The notes under the pieces: model-generated | Database searches by the model: none | What the model was told of the DNA's origin: nothing | What the model saw: the letters and a program-made list of their open reading frames with translations, nothing else | Assembly: GCA_963793425.1 (NCBI GenBank) | Contig: CAWCAG010000005.1 | Location: forward strand, 1,888,001-1,952,000 | DNA from: an uncultured cyanobacterium | GTDB lineage: Bacteria; Cyanobacteriota; Cyanobacteriia; Cyanobacteriales; CAWCAG01 | Direction of reading: 5' to 3' | DNA length: 64,000 bases | In this document: one piece after another, positions 39,883 through 50,489 of the stretch | How positions within the stretch are numbered: the stretch's first letter is position 1 | How the letters are laid out: each line of letters opens with the position of its first letter | Position numbers and translations under genes: made by a program

Positions 39883-42189
39883 ATGAAGCAAGCTTTAGAA
39901 GAAAAGTTCATTAGGGAAAGGAAATATTTCTCCTTCGATTTGCTGCTCTGCACTAGCGGAGTTATCCTCCTTTTTTTGGTTGCTAGCTTTGAATTTGGTC
40001 AATATTTCGAGAGTAATAGTCAATTTTGGCTACTTTTCACCGTGGTGATTTTATTAGCTAACTTAGGAGGACAAATAGTAGCTTGGATAGGTACTGTATT
40101 AGTAACTATTTACCAAATTTTTTACCTTTTAGAAGTGGGAGTATCTTTAATTCAAATAGAAGAAATTACCCACCTTGCTATGAGTATCGTCGTAACCTTA
40201 CTCGCTGCCACAGTAGTAGGAAAAACCAAAGATTATAATAAACAGTTAATCCAAGCCTTACAACAAGCCCAAGAAGACTTAGAAGAGCGAGTTGCAAAAC
40301 GTACTACAGAACTTTCTCAGGTTAATGAACAGTTACGCTTATTGGAATCTGTGGTGGTTTGTGCCAATGACGCGGTGTTGATAACTGAAGCCCGCCCCAT
40401 TAGTGAACCAGGACCAAAAATAGTTTATGTTAATGAAGCCTTTACACGAATGACGGGTTATACCACTCAAGAAGTTTTGGGTAAGACTCCTAGAATACTA
40501 CAAGGTGAGAAAACTAACCGCCGTCAACTGAATAAGATTCGTACAGCTATTGCTCAATTGCAGTCAATTCAAATTGAGTTGATTAATTACCACAAAAATG
40601 GCAAAGAATTTTGGGTTGAACTAAGTATTGTACCTATTGCTGATGAAAAGGGTTGCTATACTCATTTGCTTTCTATACAAAGAGATATAAGCGATCGCAA
40701 GAAAGCAGAAACAGCTTTACGAGATAGTGAAGCCCGTAACCAAGCACTCTTAAATGCTATACCAGACTTGATGTTTCGCCTAGATCGCCAGGGAACATTT
40801 TTAGATTTCCGTGCTAAAGCGAAAGACTTGTTGATGAAACCGGAAGAGATTATTGGTACTAATATTGCCGACTCATCCATGCCCCCGCCAGTTGTTAGCG
40901 TAGTTAAAACAGCCATCTACCAAGCCTTAGCTACAGGAGAGGTTCAAAGTATAGATTACTCTCTACCTTTGCCAGATAAACTTCATCATTATGAAGCAAG
41001 GCTAGCAGAAAGTGGTTTAGATGAAGTTGTGGCTATGGTAAGGGATATTACCGAACGGAAACAAGTTGAGGAGAAATTACGGGAAAACCATCAATTTATT
41101 CAGCGTATTGCTGATACAACTCCTGGCATTTTATATATTTATGATCTTAAAAAACAAAAGAATGTTTATGTGAATCGCTCTGTCGATGATTTTCTTGGTT
41201 ATCCTACTTTAAATGAACAGCAAAAGCGCCTTAGTAAAAAACTATTTCATCCAGAAGATTTTAGCAAGATTCATCAACACTTTAAATACCTCGATTCAAG
41301 TCCTGATCAAACCATTGCTGAAATTGAATATCGGATGCTTGCTGCTGATGGAGAGTGGCGTTGGTTCAATAGCCGTAATACCGTTTTTACCAGAAATATT
41401 GATGGTAAACTGAAACAAATTGTCGGAGTCGCTCAAGATATTACTGACCATAAAATAGCCCAAGAAATGAGCCTTGCTTTAGAAAAAGAAAAAGAATTAA
41501 GCAAGCTACAACTTCGTTTCTTTTCCATGGTTTCTCATGAATTTCGTACTCCTTTAAGTACAATTTTAATGTCTGCTCAAATTCTTGAACATAATACTGC
41601 TGAGAAATTAACGACCAAGACTTTAAGAAATTTACACCGCATTCAAACTTCCGTTAAGCATCTGCTTCATTTATTAGAAGATTTGCTAACTATTAATAGG
41701 GCAGAAAGTGGCAAGTTAGAGTTTAACTCCGAAAAAATTGTCTTAGAAGATTTTGTTTTTCAACTCATAGAAGATATACAGCTTGCCAATAATCATAAGT
41801 TCCAATTTGAGGTAAACAATTCTTGTCGAGATTATCTTACTTATTTAGATTGTAAATTATTGCGATTTATTCTTGCTAATTTAATTTCTAATGCCCTCAA
41901 ATATTCTCCGGGAGACTACACATCACGCTTAGAAGTTTTTTGTCAAGATAAGTTAGCTATTTTCCGCATCAGAGACAGAGGTATTGGTATTCATGCCGAA
42001 GATATTCCTAAGTTATTTGAGCCATTTAGACGAGGAAAAAATGTTGGTATTCTGCCCGGTTCAGGATTAGGTTTAACAGTGGTGAAAAAGTGTGTAGATT
42101 TGCACGGCGGTACTATTGAAGTGGAAAGTGAAGTTGAAGTAGGTACTATAGTAACGGTTAAGTTGCCTTTAATTTATAGCAGGGAGTAA
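39883..42189 (+). CDS. Membrane-bound multi-PAS sensor histidine kinase
   Basis: About 4 N-terminal TM helices, three PAS/PAC domains, H-box SHEFRTPL, N-box NALKYS, DRGIGI and GSGLGL. Confidence 0.93.
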   Translation: MKQALEEKFIRERKYFSFDLLLCTSGVILLFLVASFEFGQYFESNSQFWLLFTVVILLANLGGQIVAWIGTVLVTIYQIFYLLEVGVSLIQIEEITHLAMSIVVTLLAATVVGKTKDYNKQLIQALQQAQEDLEERVAKRTTELSQVNEQLRLLESVVVCANDAVLITEARPISEPGPKIVYVNEAFTRMTGYTTQEVLGKTPRILQGEKTNRRQLNKIRTAIAQLQSIQIELINYHKNGKEFWVELSIVPIADEKGCYTHLLSIQRDISDRKKAETALRDSEARNQALLNAIPDLMFRLDRQGTFLDFRAKAKDLLMKPEEIIGTNIADSSMPPPVVSVVKTAIYQALATGEVQSIDYSLPLPDKLHHYEARLAESGLDEVVAMVRDITERKQVEEKLRENHQFIQRIADTTPGILYIYDLKKQKNVYVNRSVDDFLGYPTLNEQQKRLSKKLFHPEDFSKIHQHFKYLDSSPDQTIAEIEYRMLAADGEWRWFNSRNTVFTRNIDGKLKQIVGVAQDITDHKIAQEMSLALEKEKELSKLQLRFFSMVSHEFRTPLSTILMSAQILEHNTAEKLTTKTLRNLHRIQTSVKHLLHLLEDLLTINRAESGKLEFNSEKIVLEDFVFQLIEDIQLANNHKFQFEVNNSCRDYLTYLDCKLLRFILANLISNALKYSPGDYTSRLEVFCQDKLAIFRIRDRGIGIHAEDIPKLFEPFRRGKNVGILPGSGLGLTVVKKCVDLHGGTIEVESEVEVGTIVTVKLPLIYSRE

Positions 42190-42210
42190 AGGAGAAGAGA
42201 AATACTTACC

Positions 42211-43248
42211 ATGTCCAAATTCCAGGTCTTTACTTATTACTTATTACCTAAATGCGTCATGAGCGATCAAGAAATATCAGAGTTAGATTCCCTACGGCGA
42301 GAAGTTGCTGAATTAAGGAAAATTAAAATAGCTTTTGATACTCAAAATAGCCTGTTAAAAGCATCAGTGGCTGCCACACAAACAGTAACAGGTTCCTTGA
42401 TGCTGAAGACTGTTTTGCAGCAGGCATTATCTATTTGTAGTCAGGTTGTCGAAGCACAAGAGAGTAGCCTTTTTCTCATTAATGGTGAGGGAATAGTTAT
42501 TGAAAGTATTCTTGCTCGTGGTGCTATAATCAAAGAGCAAAAACAAAATATTATTGGTAAAGTTTTAGGCCAAGGGTTAGCCGGTTGGGTAATTAAAAAC
42601 CGGAGAATCGGATTAATTAAAGATACAACTATTGATGAGCGTTGGCTAACTTTACCGAATCAACCTTACAAAGTACGCTCGGTTTTGTGTGTTCCAATTT
42701 TTAAAAGAAGGACTTTACTGGGAATAATTACTTTAATGCACTCTAAACCAGAGCATTTTACCAGAACATCTGTGGAGTTAATGCAAATGTTCGTTGGACA
42801 AATGGTTTTAGTGTTAGATAATGTGCGACTTCATTTAGAAGCAGAACAATATTCATCTAAATCATCTTCTTTACAAGCTAAAGTCAGTGATAACAAACAG
42901 GATTATCCCTCCCCTCCAGCTACTGATAATTTAACTAAACTTGGTATATTTATTATTTTAAATAAAGGCAAATTTCTCTATGCGAATCAGCAATTAGCAA
43001 AAATTTTTGGCTACAGTTTTGCTGAACTTGTTGCTTTGGAGTCTCTGTTTACTTTGGTCGCCACTAGTAATTTAGAGCAAGTCACTCAAGAAATTAACCG
43101 TAGCTTTCAAGATAGAAAAAAAGTTATAGACCTTACTTTTCAAGGACGCTGTAAAGATGCTTCTCTTATTAATGTAGAAATTTATGGAAATCGTACCAAA
43201 TTTTACGGCAAAACTGCCATAATTGGCGCATTGAGACAAGCTGTATAA
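42211..43248 (+). CDS. GAF + PAS domain protein with no output domain
   Basis: GLAGWV...DERW...SVLCVPI...GIITL (GAF) and a C-terminal YANQQLAKIFGY (PAS). The start may be the ATG at 42259. Confidence 0.8.
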   Translation: MSKFQVFTYYLLPKCVMSDQEISELDSLRREVAELRKIKIAFDTQNSLLKASVAATQTVTGSLMLKTVLQQALSICSQVVEAQESSLFLINGEGIVIESILARGAIIKEQKQNIIGKVLGQGLAGWVIKNRRIGLIKDTTIDERWLTLPNQPYKVRSVLCVPIFKRRTLLGIITLMHSKPEHFTRTSVELMQMFVGQMVLVLDNVRLHLEAEQYSSKSSSLQAKVSDNKQDYPSPPATDNLTKLGIFIILNKGKFLYANQQLAKIFGYSFAELVALESLFTLVATSNLEQVTQEINRSFQDRKKVIDLTFQGRCKDASLINVEIYGNRTKFYGKTAIIGALRQAV

Positions 43249-43260
43249 AAAAAGTCAAAC

Positions 43261-44916
43261 ATGGCAAAAATATCAATGTTGAAAAGATGGCGATTAGTAT
43301 TAGTAGCTTTAGGGTGTGCCTTAGCTATTATCCTTACCAACTGTAGTCAAGATGAAGGAACAGAAGTTTCTACATCCCCCTCACAAAATCAGTCAGGAGT
43401 TTTAATTTATGCCTCTGGGGGACAACCAGTTAACCTTGAACCGGGCAATGTCACTGATGGCAACTCACTTATTGTCCAGCAACAGATTTACAATCGCCTT
43501 TTGGAAACTAAACCGGGAACCGCTGAATCAATACCAGCATTAGCAACCTCTTGGGAAAATTCTGAAGATGGCAAAACTTGGACTTTTAAGTTGCGAGAAG
43601 GGGTGAAATTCCACGATGAGACGGATTTTAATGCTGATGCGGTTAAATTTAATGTAGAACGGTGGTGGGATGCAGATCATCCCTATGGCTTTCGTGATGC
43701 CGGGAAGAATTATGAAATTTGGGGTAATCTCTTCGGAGGCTTTCGAGGAGATGCAGAATCTTTGCTTCAGGAAATCAAAGTTGTAGATGATTATACAATT
43801 CAATTTATCTTGCAACAACCCTTTGCAGCCTTTCCTGCTGCTATTGGTTCGGGTTATTTCGGCATTGCTAGCCCTACAGCCATTCAAAAGGCCGCAGAAA
43901 AGTATGGTACACCAAATTCCCAAGCTGTGGGTACGGGAGCTTTTAAATTTGCAGAATGGCGTACAGGCGATCGCATCATCCTGACTAACAATTCTGATTA
44001 TTGGCAGCCCGATTTACCCAAAACAGAACAGCTAGTTTTTCGCTTCATCACCGATCCTGCCGCCAGGTTAGCAGAATTAAGGGCAGGTGGAGTAGATTTT
44101 ACCGTTGATTTAAGCCCTGATCAACGGGAGGAAATTGAAGAGGATGCTAACTTAGAAGCCATAGTACGTCCTTCCTTTAATGTCGGTTATTTGGCACTCA
44201 ACCCTAGTTACGAACCCCTTGCCAAGCTAGAAGTACGCCAAGCTATTGCCGCAGCTATCAACCGCCCTGCCATTGTCGAAGCATTTTGGGGAGAATTAGC
44301 CACCAGTGATCCCCATTTTACTCCTCCTGCCTTAGATTGGTCACAAAACCAGGAGTTAGCAGACTATCAATACGATCCTGAAAAAGCGCAGAAACTCCTA
44401 GCAGAAGCAGGCTACGAAGAAGGCTTTGATTTGGATTTATGGTATATGCCTGTTTCTCGCCCCTATTATCCTTCTCCTAAAGCGATCGCCGAAGCATTTG
44501 CAGCAGATTTAAGTGCAGTGGGTATTAAGGTTAACTTGCAAACAAAAGATTGGGCTGCTTATCTTGAAGATCGGCGCAAAGCTCCAGGGTTTCAAGCTTT
44601 TATGTTAGGTTGGACAGGAGATTATGGTGATCCTGACAATTTTTACTACGCTCATTTTAGCCCTGCGGCCACAGCAGATTTAGGGGGCTGGCAAAACGAA
44701 ACCCTCCTAGAGTTATTAGAAAAAGGGCGACAGGAACAACAAAAGGAAGCAAGGGGTAAAATCTATGCAAAGATAGATAAACTTGTTGCCGAAGAAAAGG
44801 TACGCATTCCTATTGTTCATTCCCAACCTTTATTAGCAAAAAGAAAAAACATTCAAGGTTGGCAACCTAGTCCCCTCGGTTCGGAACCTTTTTCTACTAT
44901 CGAAAAGCAAGATTAA
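43261..44916 (+). CDS. ABC transporter peptide-binding lipoprotein (family 5, DppA-like)
   Basis: Lipobox-like LTNC, PALATSW, F.LREGVKFHD, GTGAFKF, GWTGDYGDPDNF. Confidence 0.92.
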   Translation: MAKISMLKRWRLVLVALGCALAIILTNCSQDEGTEVSTSPSQNQSGVLIYASGGQPVNLEPGNVTDGNSLIVQQQIYNRLLETKPGTAESIPALATSWENSEDGKTWTFKLREGVKFHDETDFNADAVKFNVERWWDADHPYGFRDAGKNYEIWGNLFGGFRGDAESLLQEIKVVDDYTIQFILQQPFAAFPAAIGSGYFGIASPTAIQKAAEKYGTPNSQAVGTGAFKFAEWRTGDRIILTNNSDYWQPDLPKTEQLVFRFITDPAARLAELRAGGVDFTVDLSPDQREEIEEDANLEAIVRPSFNVGYLALNPSYEPLAKLEVRQAIAAAINRPAIVEAFWGELATSDPHFTPPALDWSQNQELADYQYDPEKAQKLLAEAGYEEGFDLDLWYMPVSRPYYPSPKAIAEAFAADLSAVGIKVNLQTKDWAAYLEDRRKAPGFQAFMLGWTGDYGDPDNFYYAHFSPAATADLGGWQNETLLELLEKGRQEQQKEARGKIYAKIDKLVAEEKVRIPIVHSQPLLAKRKNIQGWQPSPLGSEPFSTIEKQD

Positions 44917-44931
44917 TTACTAATTTCAGTC

Positions 44932-45504
44932 TTGCCACAAAATAGCTACCAGAGTTGCATAAATTGCTGGAAGTCAGCTACAGTAACTGCTGAGTCAAAA
45001 ATTGTGGAGGAACAAAATTTCGTGATCGGGATCATCTTTTTTATTCTTGCCTTCATCTTTGGTAGCTTCCTCGAATATTGGCTGCACCGCCTCATGCACG
45101 TTTCTCCGCGTATCGGTAGCCGCCATAGAGATCATCACCGTCGTAATGAAGGACAGGGGGTTCTCTGGGAATTTAGAGACTATATTCGGGGTGGTATTCT
45201 GGTCATGTGTTTAATGTTCTTGATCTCTTTACAAGCCGGTATTGGTTGGTTTTTAGGAGGATTAGTTTACGCGGCTTTTTCCGCCTATGCCCACCAACTA
45301 CAACACGAAAATCCCACCAAATGTTTCTGGATGAAAATGCCTGTTCATTACGTCCACCACAAATACAGTATGTGGCATTACAACTTTGGTTTAGCTGTAG
45401 ACTGGTGGGATCATCTCTTCGGTACTTATAAAGCCGTAGAATGGCTAACGGAAGAAGAAGAAGCCCTGCAAGAACTAAATTATTGGCAGTTACGTTGGTG
45501 GTAA
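44932..45504 (+). CDS. Fatty acid hydroxylase / sterol desaturase family protein
   Basis: HRLMH, HRDHH, HQLQH and HYVHH His boxes, plus NFG...WWD.LFGT. The true start is probably a GTG near 45004-45022. Confidence 0.85.
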   Translation: MPQNSYQSCINCWKSATVTAESKIVEEQNFVIGIIFFILAFIFGSFLEYWLHRLMHVSPRIGSRHRDHHRRNEGQGVLWEFRDYIRGGILVMCLMFLISLQAGIGWFLGGLVYAAFSAYAHQLQHENPTKCFWMKMPVHYVHHKYSMWHYNFGLAVDWWDHLFGTYKAVEWLTEEEEALQELNYWQLRWW

Positions 45505-45593
45505 ACATTTATCATTTATCATTAAACATTTATCATTGAACAAGTTGTTTTAGAGCAACTAGCAACTAGCAACTAGCGACTAGCAACTAGCCA

Positions 45594-46646
45594 TTAGCCA
45601 TTAGCCATTAGCAATATTTGATTGTCACAAAAATCTAACAATCGATTGAAACCCCAAAACTCATCCTCTCCTCCCTTGGCAACGCCGATGTGGGCAACGT
45701 GTCCTCCTTGGGGAGTCATTAATAAATAACCATGGGGATTATTGCTCATGCGTTGTTCGATTTCTTTTACTAAAGTGGGATCGAACATGGGATCATCGGC
45801 GGCATAAACAACCAGGAAGGGCAACTTTAGCTGATCAAGAAGCTCAAGCCCGCTCGTTTTTTGATAATATTCCTCAACACTAGCAAAACCATAGTAGTTA
45901 ATCACCATTTCTCGATCAAAAGAATCAATGGAAGTAATACCCGCTACTGCCCCTGGTTTAACTGCCTGCGGGAAACGATCCTGGCGTTTTTGAGCCTCAA
46001 TTTGTAATTCTTTGGTTAAAGTTTGTTCAATAAACCTTCCGGCTGGAGTGCTAACTAAATATTGCAAAGAACGATTAGACTCTAAATTAGGGGCAATCAC
46101 CGCCCCAGTAAAGATTAACTCACAACCTTCTTCTACTGCTGCTTGTAAACCCCACAGGGCTAACTGCCCCCCCAACGAAAAACCTATCAAAGCTACTGGG
46201 GCAGGACAACCCATCGCGATCGCAGCTTCAGCAATTTTGACTTGATCTACCCCTTCTCGCCAACCATCAGAAGAAGGTGCAGGAGAAAGTTCGGCTGTTT
46301 TGCCATGACTACGCCAATCATAAAGCACCACCGCCCAACCTCTTTGATAAGCTTTGCGGGCAACCACATGGGCATACCAGGCTGTAGCAACAGTACCGGT
46401 AATACCATAATTGAGGATCATCGTACCTTTAGCTTGGGGAGGGCAACTCCACATTCCCCATAAAGGGACATCCTCTGCCCCAGTGAAAACTTTTTCTTGC
46501 CAAGGGATAGGGGGAAGGTGGGCTAACCAAGGTACTTTTTCTCCTAACCAATTCCAGCTATTGCCATACCAAAGGCTGGTGGCAATAGTTTGTACTAAGC
46601 CATCCCTTAAATACCAAGGTGTTTGGTAACTTTTATTTTCTTTCAT
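45594..46646 (-). CDS. YheT-like alpha/beta hydrolase
   Basis: G.VQT, GFSLGG nucleophile elbow, AADDP, GGHV. Confidence 0.88.
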   Translation of the reverse strand: MKENKSYQTPWYLRDGLVQTIATSLWYGNSWNWLGEKVPWLAHLPPIPWQEKVFTGAEDVPLWGMWSCPPQAKGTMILNYGITGTVATAWYAHVVARKAYQRGWAVVLYDWRSHGKTAELSPAPSSDGWREGVDQVKIAEAAIAMGCPAPVALIGFSLGGQLALWGLQAAVEEGCELIFTGAVIAPNLESNRSLQYLVSTPAGRFIEQTLTKELQIEAQKRQDRFPQAVKPGAVAGITSIDSFDREMVINYYGFASVEEYYQKTSGLELLDQLKLPFLVVYAADDPMFDPTLVKEIEQRMSNNPHGYLLMTPQGGHVAHIGVAKGGEDEFWGFNRLLDFCDNQILLMANG

Positions 46647-46860
46647 TAAGGATTTATCAATAATCTTAATTCAACTCCTCACACAAAAATAAGCCAGCAA
46701 ATCTTAAATAAATTTTTAATCTCAACAGTTTTTTCCTGGTAAATCTTTGAAACCTTTAGAAAAAATTTAGGATTACGGCTTATAATAGGACAGGAATTTT
46801 ATATTCTTGCAACACTTCTTCACAAACTGTAAACAAAAGTATAGCCAAAGCTTTCTTGTA

Positions 46861-47625
46861 ATGCCAAGAATACTTGTAATCGATGATGACCCTGCAATTT
46901 CAGAATTAGTCTCTATTAACCTAGAGATGGCTGGATATGATGTCAATATGGCCGAAGATGGCCTTAAAGGCCAAGCCCTCGCCGTCCAGATTCAGCCAGA
47001 CTTAATCATGCTGGATCTTATGCTTCCTAGAGTTGATGGTTTTACAGTTTGCCAGCGATTGCGTAGAGATGAACGCACTTCTGACATTCCCGTATTAATG
47101 TTGACAGCATTAGGACAAACCCAAGATAAGGTGGGAGGCTTTAATGCTGGTGCTGACGACTATATGACTAAGCCTTTTGAGTTAGAGGAAATGTTAGCTA
47201 GGGTGAGGGCTTTATTACGTCGTACTGATCGTATTCCCCAAGCAGCGAAACACTCAGAAATTCTCAACTATGGCCCTTTAACCCTTATTCCTGAAAGATT
47301 TGAAGCAATTTGGTTTGATAAAACAGTTAAACTAACTCATTTAGAATTTGAGTTACTCCATTGCTTACTTCAGCGTCATGGGCAAACAGTTTCTCCTAGC
47401 GAAATCCTCAAAGAAGTTTGGGGATATGACCCTAATGATGATATCGAAACTATTCGAGTTCATATTCGCCACTTGAGAACCAAACTTGAACCTGATCCCC
47501 GTCATCCACGCTATATCAAAACTGTCTATGGCGCTGGTTATTGTTTAGAATTATCCAATAGCGAGCAACCCATTGAAGAGATTGAGAATAACGATGTTGC
47601 TGCTTTAAGCAGTGAAAAGGATTAG
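46861..47625 (+). CDS. rpaA: Circadian output response regulator RpaA
   Basis: [17 protein letters not shown]...[23 protein letters not shown]...[23 protein letters not shown] matches RpaA. TATAAT at 46781-46786. Confidence 0.95.
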   Translation: MPRILVIDDDPAISELVSINLEMAGYDVNMAEDGLKGQALAVQIQPDLIMLDLMLPRVDGFTVCQRLRRDERTSDIPVLMLTALGQTQDKVGGFNAGADDYMTKPFELEEMLARVRALLRRTDRIPQAAKHSEILNYGPLTLIPERFEAIWFDKTVKLTHLEFELLHCLLQRHGQTVSPSEILKEVWGYDPNDDIETIRVHIRHLRTKLEPDPRHPRYIKTVYGAGYCLELSNSEQPIEEIENNDVAALSSEKD

Positions 47626-47639
47626 GTTGGCCAGAAAAG

Positions 47640-48707
47640 ATGGGCTTAGGGCTTAGGAGTTCGCAGCTAAAGTTCACTATTGCTAGTTTTGTTGGGCTTT
47701 TCTGTCAGGGTATGATCATCGCCACTCCTGGGGCATTTCTACCCCAATGGCAAAATGTCTTTGGTGAACAAGTAAGTCTTGGTTGGTACTACAACCTATT
47801 TTTGTTAGGTGGTTTGGTTGGATTACGTTTAGCTTCCACTGTACAAAAGCGTCATCCTCTTGTCTCTTGTGGTTTTGCTGCGGCTGCTTTTGGTTTTAGT
47901 TTCGCTGCGGTGTCTGCTAATTTCCTCAGCATTATCATAGCTGCTATGTTCATTGGCTTTGGCAGCGGCATCATCAACCTGCAATCTAATAGCATGATTG
48001 GAGAATTGCACCCCCAACGCAGAATTGCCATGCTTAATTGGGGTAGTGCTATTTTTGGGCTAGGGGCTTTGAGTACTCCTCTGTTAGCTTCTTTCCTGCC
48101 TTGGCGAATCGCTTTACTTTTGATTGCAACTGTGGCTTTGCTAGGTATAACTTTAGCTTGGCTTGCCCCTTGTGTCCTTGATTTCTCCCCAACAGATAGT
48201 AAGATGCCTTGGAGTAAGGCACGTCTTTTATTATTATTATTTTTCCTCTATGTCGGTTTAGAAAGTTCCATCGGTACTTGGAATAATAGCTATCTCCTTA
48301 ATCTCGGTTGGAATGAAGTTGCTAGCGGAACCCTACTCTCTTTTTATTGGGGCGGGTTAACCCTGGGAAAAGCCGTTTTAGGAACTTGGGTAGGAAAACA
48401 ACCAGTTAGGGCTTTAAAGTTGCTTTTGCTCGGTGCGTTAGTTCTTCTCGGATTTATCTGCATCCCTTCCCTAGTAATTCTTCTCCCCTTAGCCGCTTTT
48501 TTATACGGCCCCCTATTCGGAACAGTATTAGGTCTTTTACAAGAACGTTGTGGTCATGTAGCTTTAGGTTACTTATTTTACGCTGCTTACGTCGGTAGAA
48601 CTTTAATACCTGCTTCTTTGGGCTTATTAGAAAGTCCAGCTTATTTACCCTATGGCTTTGTTAGCTTAGCTTTAATTCTTTATCTCTCAAGCTTGCGTTT
48701 AAAGTAA
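47640..48707 (+). CDS. MFS transporter (FucP/TsgA-like, compact)
   Basis: About 12 hydrophobic segments, FGLGAL.TP, LYVGLESSIGTW. Confidence 0.8.
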   Translation: MGLGLRSSQLKFTIASFVGLFCQGMIIATPGAFLPQWQNVFGEQVSLGWYYNLFLLGGLVGLRLASTVQKRHPLVSCGFAAAAFGFSFAAVSANFLSIIIAAMFIGFGSGIINLQSNSMIGELHPQRRIAMLNWGSAIFGLGALSTPLLASFLPWRIALLLIATVALLGITLAWLAPCVLDFSPTDSKMPWSKARLLLLLFFLYVGLESSIGTWNNSYLLNLGWNEVASGTLLSFYWGGLTLGKAVLGTWVGKQPVRALKLLLLGALVLLGFICIPSLVILLPLAAFLYGPLFGTVLGLLQERCGHVALGYLFYAAYVGRTLIPASLGLLESPAYLPYGFVSLALILYLSSLRLK

Positions 48708-48727
48708 AGGCAACGAACAATTGCTGG

Positions 48728-49552
48728 CTAACTCAAAGCAGACGTAATCGCCTGTTGGCTAACGGTTTGATAAACCTGATCTAAATATTGTCTTACTAAG
48801 GTAGCATCAGCAGAAGGTAAAGGAATATCCCCCAGGATTTCTATAGGAGTTTTGCTTTCTGGAGGGGGTGCAATAACTACTAAAGATGATTCTAAAGGTT
48901 CTTCATATCGCCAGAACTTTTCTAAATCTAAGCTAGTATCTTCTGAAGAGTTTTCTACTTTAACCTTTTGTTCTGAAACTACCTCAATTAAATCCTCTTC
49001 ATATTCCCCTTTATAACCATCAGAACGTAATTGCCTTAAGGTATCAAGAATTTCTCCTTTAGTACGTCCCCTTAACTGGAATAAAACAAAAGGATCTTCG
49101 CTGAAGCGATCCCCTAATTGATAGTAAACAGCACCAATGTGTTTACAGGGGTTGGCTTTGTCAGGGCAGCTACAGCGAGAGTGAATATCAGATAAGGTGA
49201 AGGGAAACAAGCTTAAACCACTGGCGGTAAAAACTTCTTCTTCAATGTTAGCAGGCATTTCTCCGGCTAGTAATTGAGCAGAAAAAACTGCTTTTTGAGA
49301 CATGGTTTCAATGGCATAATCCCAATCTTCGTTGCTAAAAGCATCAAGAGAAAGAGAAACATGATAAGGTTCGGGTTCACTGCCTTGTACTTGTGCTAAA
49401 ACCTTTCCTCCCTCAAATTCTATACTGAGGACATTACCTTCTTTCGCATACTTCCTGGCCCTTTCTAAACGCTTTTTAAAACGATAGGAATCAAGTAACT
49501 CTAGCCATCTTTGTACCCACCATTCCCGACTAGAAATTTGATAATTAGTCAT
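48728..49552 (-). CDS. SWIM zinc-finger protein
   Basis: RLERARKYA, VQGS..PY.V, CSCPD.ANPCKH, DPFVLFQLRG. Confidence 0.92.
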   Translation of the reverse strand: MTNYQISSREWWVQRWLELLDSYRFKKRLERARKYAKEGNVLSIEFEGGKVLAQVQGSEPEPYHVSLSLDAFSNEDWDYAIETMSQKAVFSAQLLAGEMPANIEEEVFTASGLSLFPFTLSDIHSRCSCPDKANPCKHIGAVYYQLGDRFSEDPFVLFQLRGRTKGEILDTLRQLRSDGYKGEYEEDLIEVVSEQKVKVENSSEDTSLDLEKFWRYEEPLESSLVVIAPPPESKTPIEILGDIPLPSADATLVRQYLDQVYQTVSQQAITSALS

Positions 49553-50388
49553 TGCTTTTGATCATTTTTTGGTTGTTCTTGCTCTTTTAGTTTTTCCAGC
49601 TTCTCTTTTCCTGTCTTAATTTTTTCCTCCTTATTTTTGTAAAAAGTCTCCAAACTTTCAATATCTCCCACAAAACGCCAGTGCCAAGGTTCATAAGCAA
49701 TACCTTGTGGGTTATCTTCAGGAAAAGATAGCTCAAAACTATAACGAGGAGCATTTTTTTCTAGCCATTTAAAAGCTGGAGTTTCCTCAAAACTCGTTTT
49801 CAAGTTTGCGGCTGGTAATTTACCATCACCAATATCAATGGCATAACCGGTATGATGTTCACTATAACCTGGAGGGGCGCTTACTTCGGCTCTTTGGCTT
49901 GCTATTTCTCCCCGTTGTTCTTTAACCTGAAAAAATAGTTGTTTCTGGTCTTCTACAGAACGGAAACCAGAAAGAGCAACTAAATTAATGCCCTCAGCAC
50001 TAGCTGCATTGACCATTTCTTTAAATTTTACCGCAGCATTTTTGTGCATTTTAATGCTGCCATTAGCAGTAACTGGTGCTAACTTTTCTTTATCTATTTC
50101 TTCGTAGGGTAAATGCCCCAGCAAATCTTCTTTTTCTGGACTAGGAATAACTTCCCTTTCAGGAGAAGGAGAAGCTTGTTGAGCTTTAGGCGGGGTAACT
50201 GGATTAGAGAACAAAGCACCAGCAAGAAGAGAGATAATACCTAATATTAATCCTCCACTAATTAGTAATATTTTTCGACGTGAAAATTGTGTTTGAGAAC
50301 GGTTGTTCTCCCTCAATGCTTCTGGGACATCATCTCCAGTGGCGAGGGAACGTTTGACAATTTTTTTTTGCGAACCTGCTTTACCCAT
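49549..50388 (-). CDS. D-alanyl-D-alanine carboxypeptidase (M15B, VanY-like)
   Basis: One TM anchor, SGFRS, SEHHTGYAID, EPWHWRFVG. Overlaps the SWIM gene by 4 nt. Confidence 0.92.
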   Translation of the reverse strand: MGKAGSQKKIVKRSLATGDDVPEALRENNRSQTQFSRRKILLISGGLILGIISLLAGALFSNPVTPPKAQQASPSPEREVIPSPEKEDLLGHLPYEEIDKEKLAPVTANGSIKMHKNAAVKFKEMVNAASAEGINLVALSGFRSVEDQKQLFFQVKEQRGEIASQRAEVSAPPGYSEHHTGYAIDIGDGKLPAANLKTSFEETPAFKWLEKNAPRYSFELSFPEDNPQGIAYEPWHWRFVGDIESLETFYKNKEEKIKTGKEKLEKLKEQEQPKNDQKQ

Positions 50389-50489
50389 TCATTGCTCCGG
50401 CTGGTGAGATTCAACCGTATAATGTACATAATTTTCTGCACTGATGCTAGCAAATTAGCTAAATGTTTATCTAATTTTGGAGTCTCATC

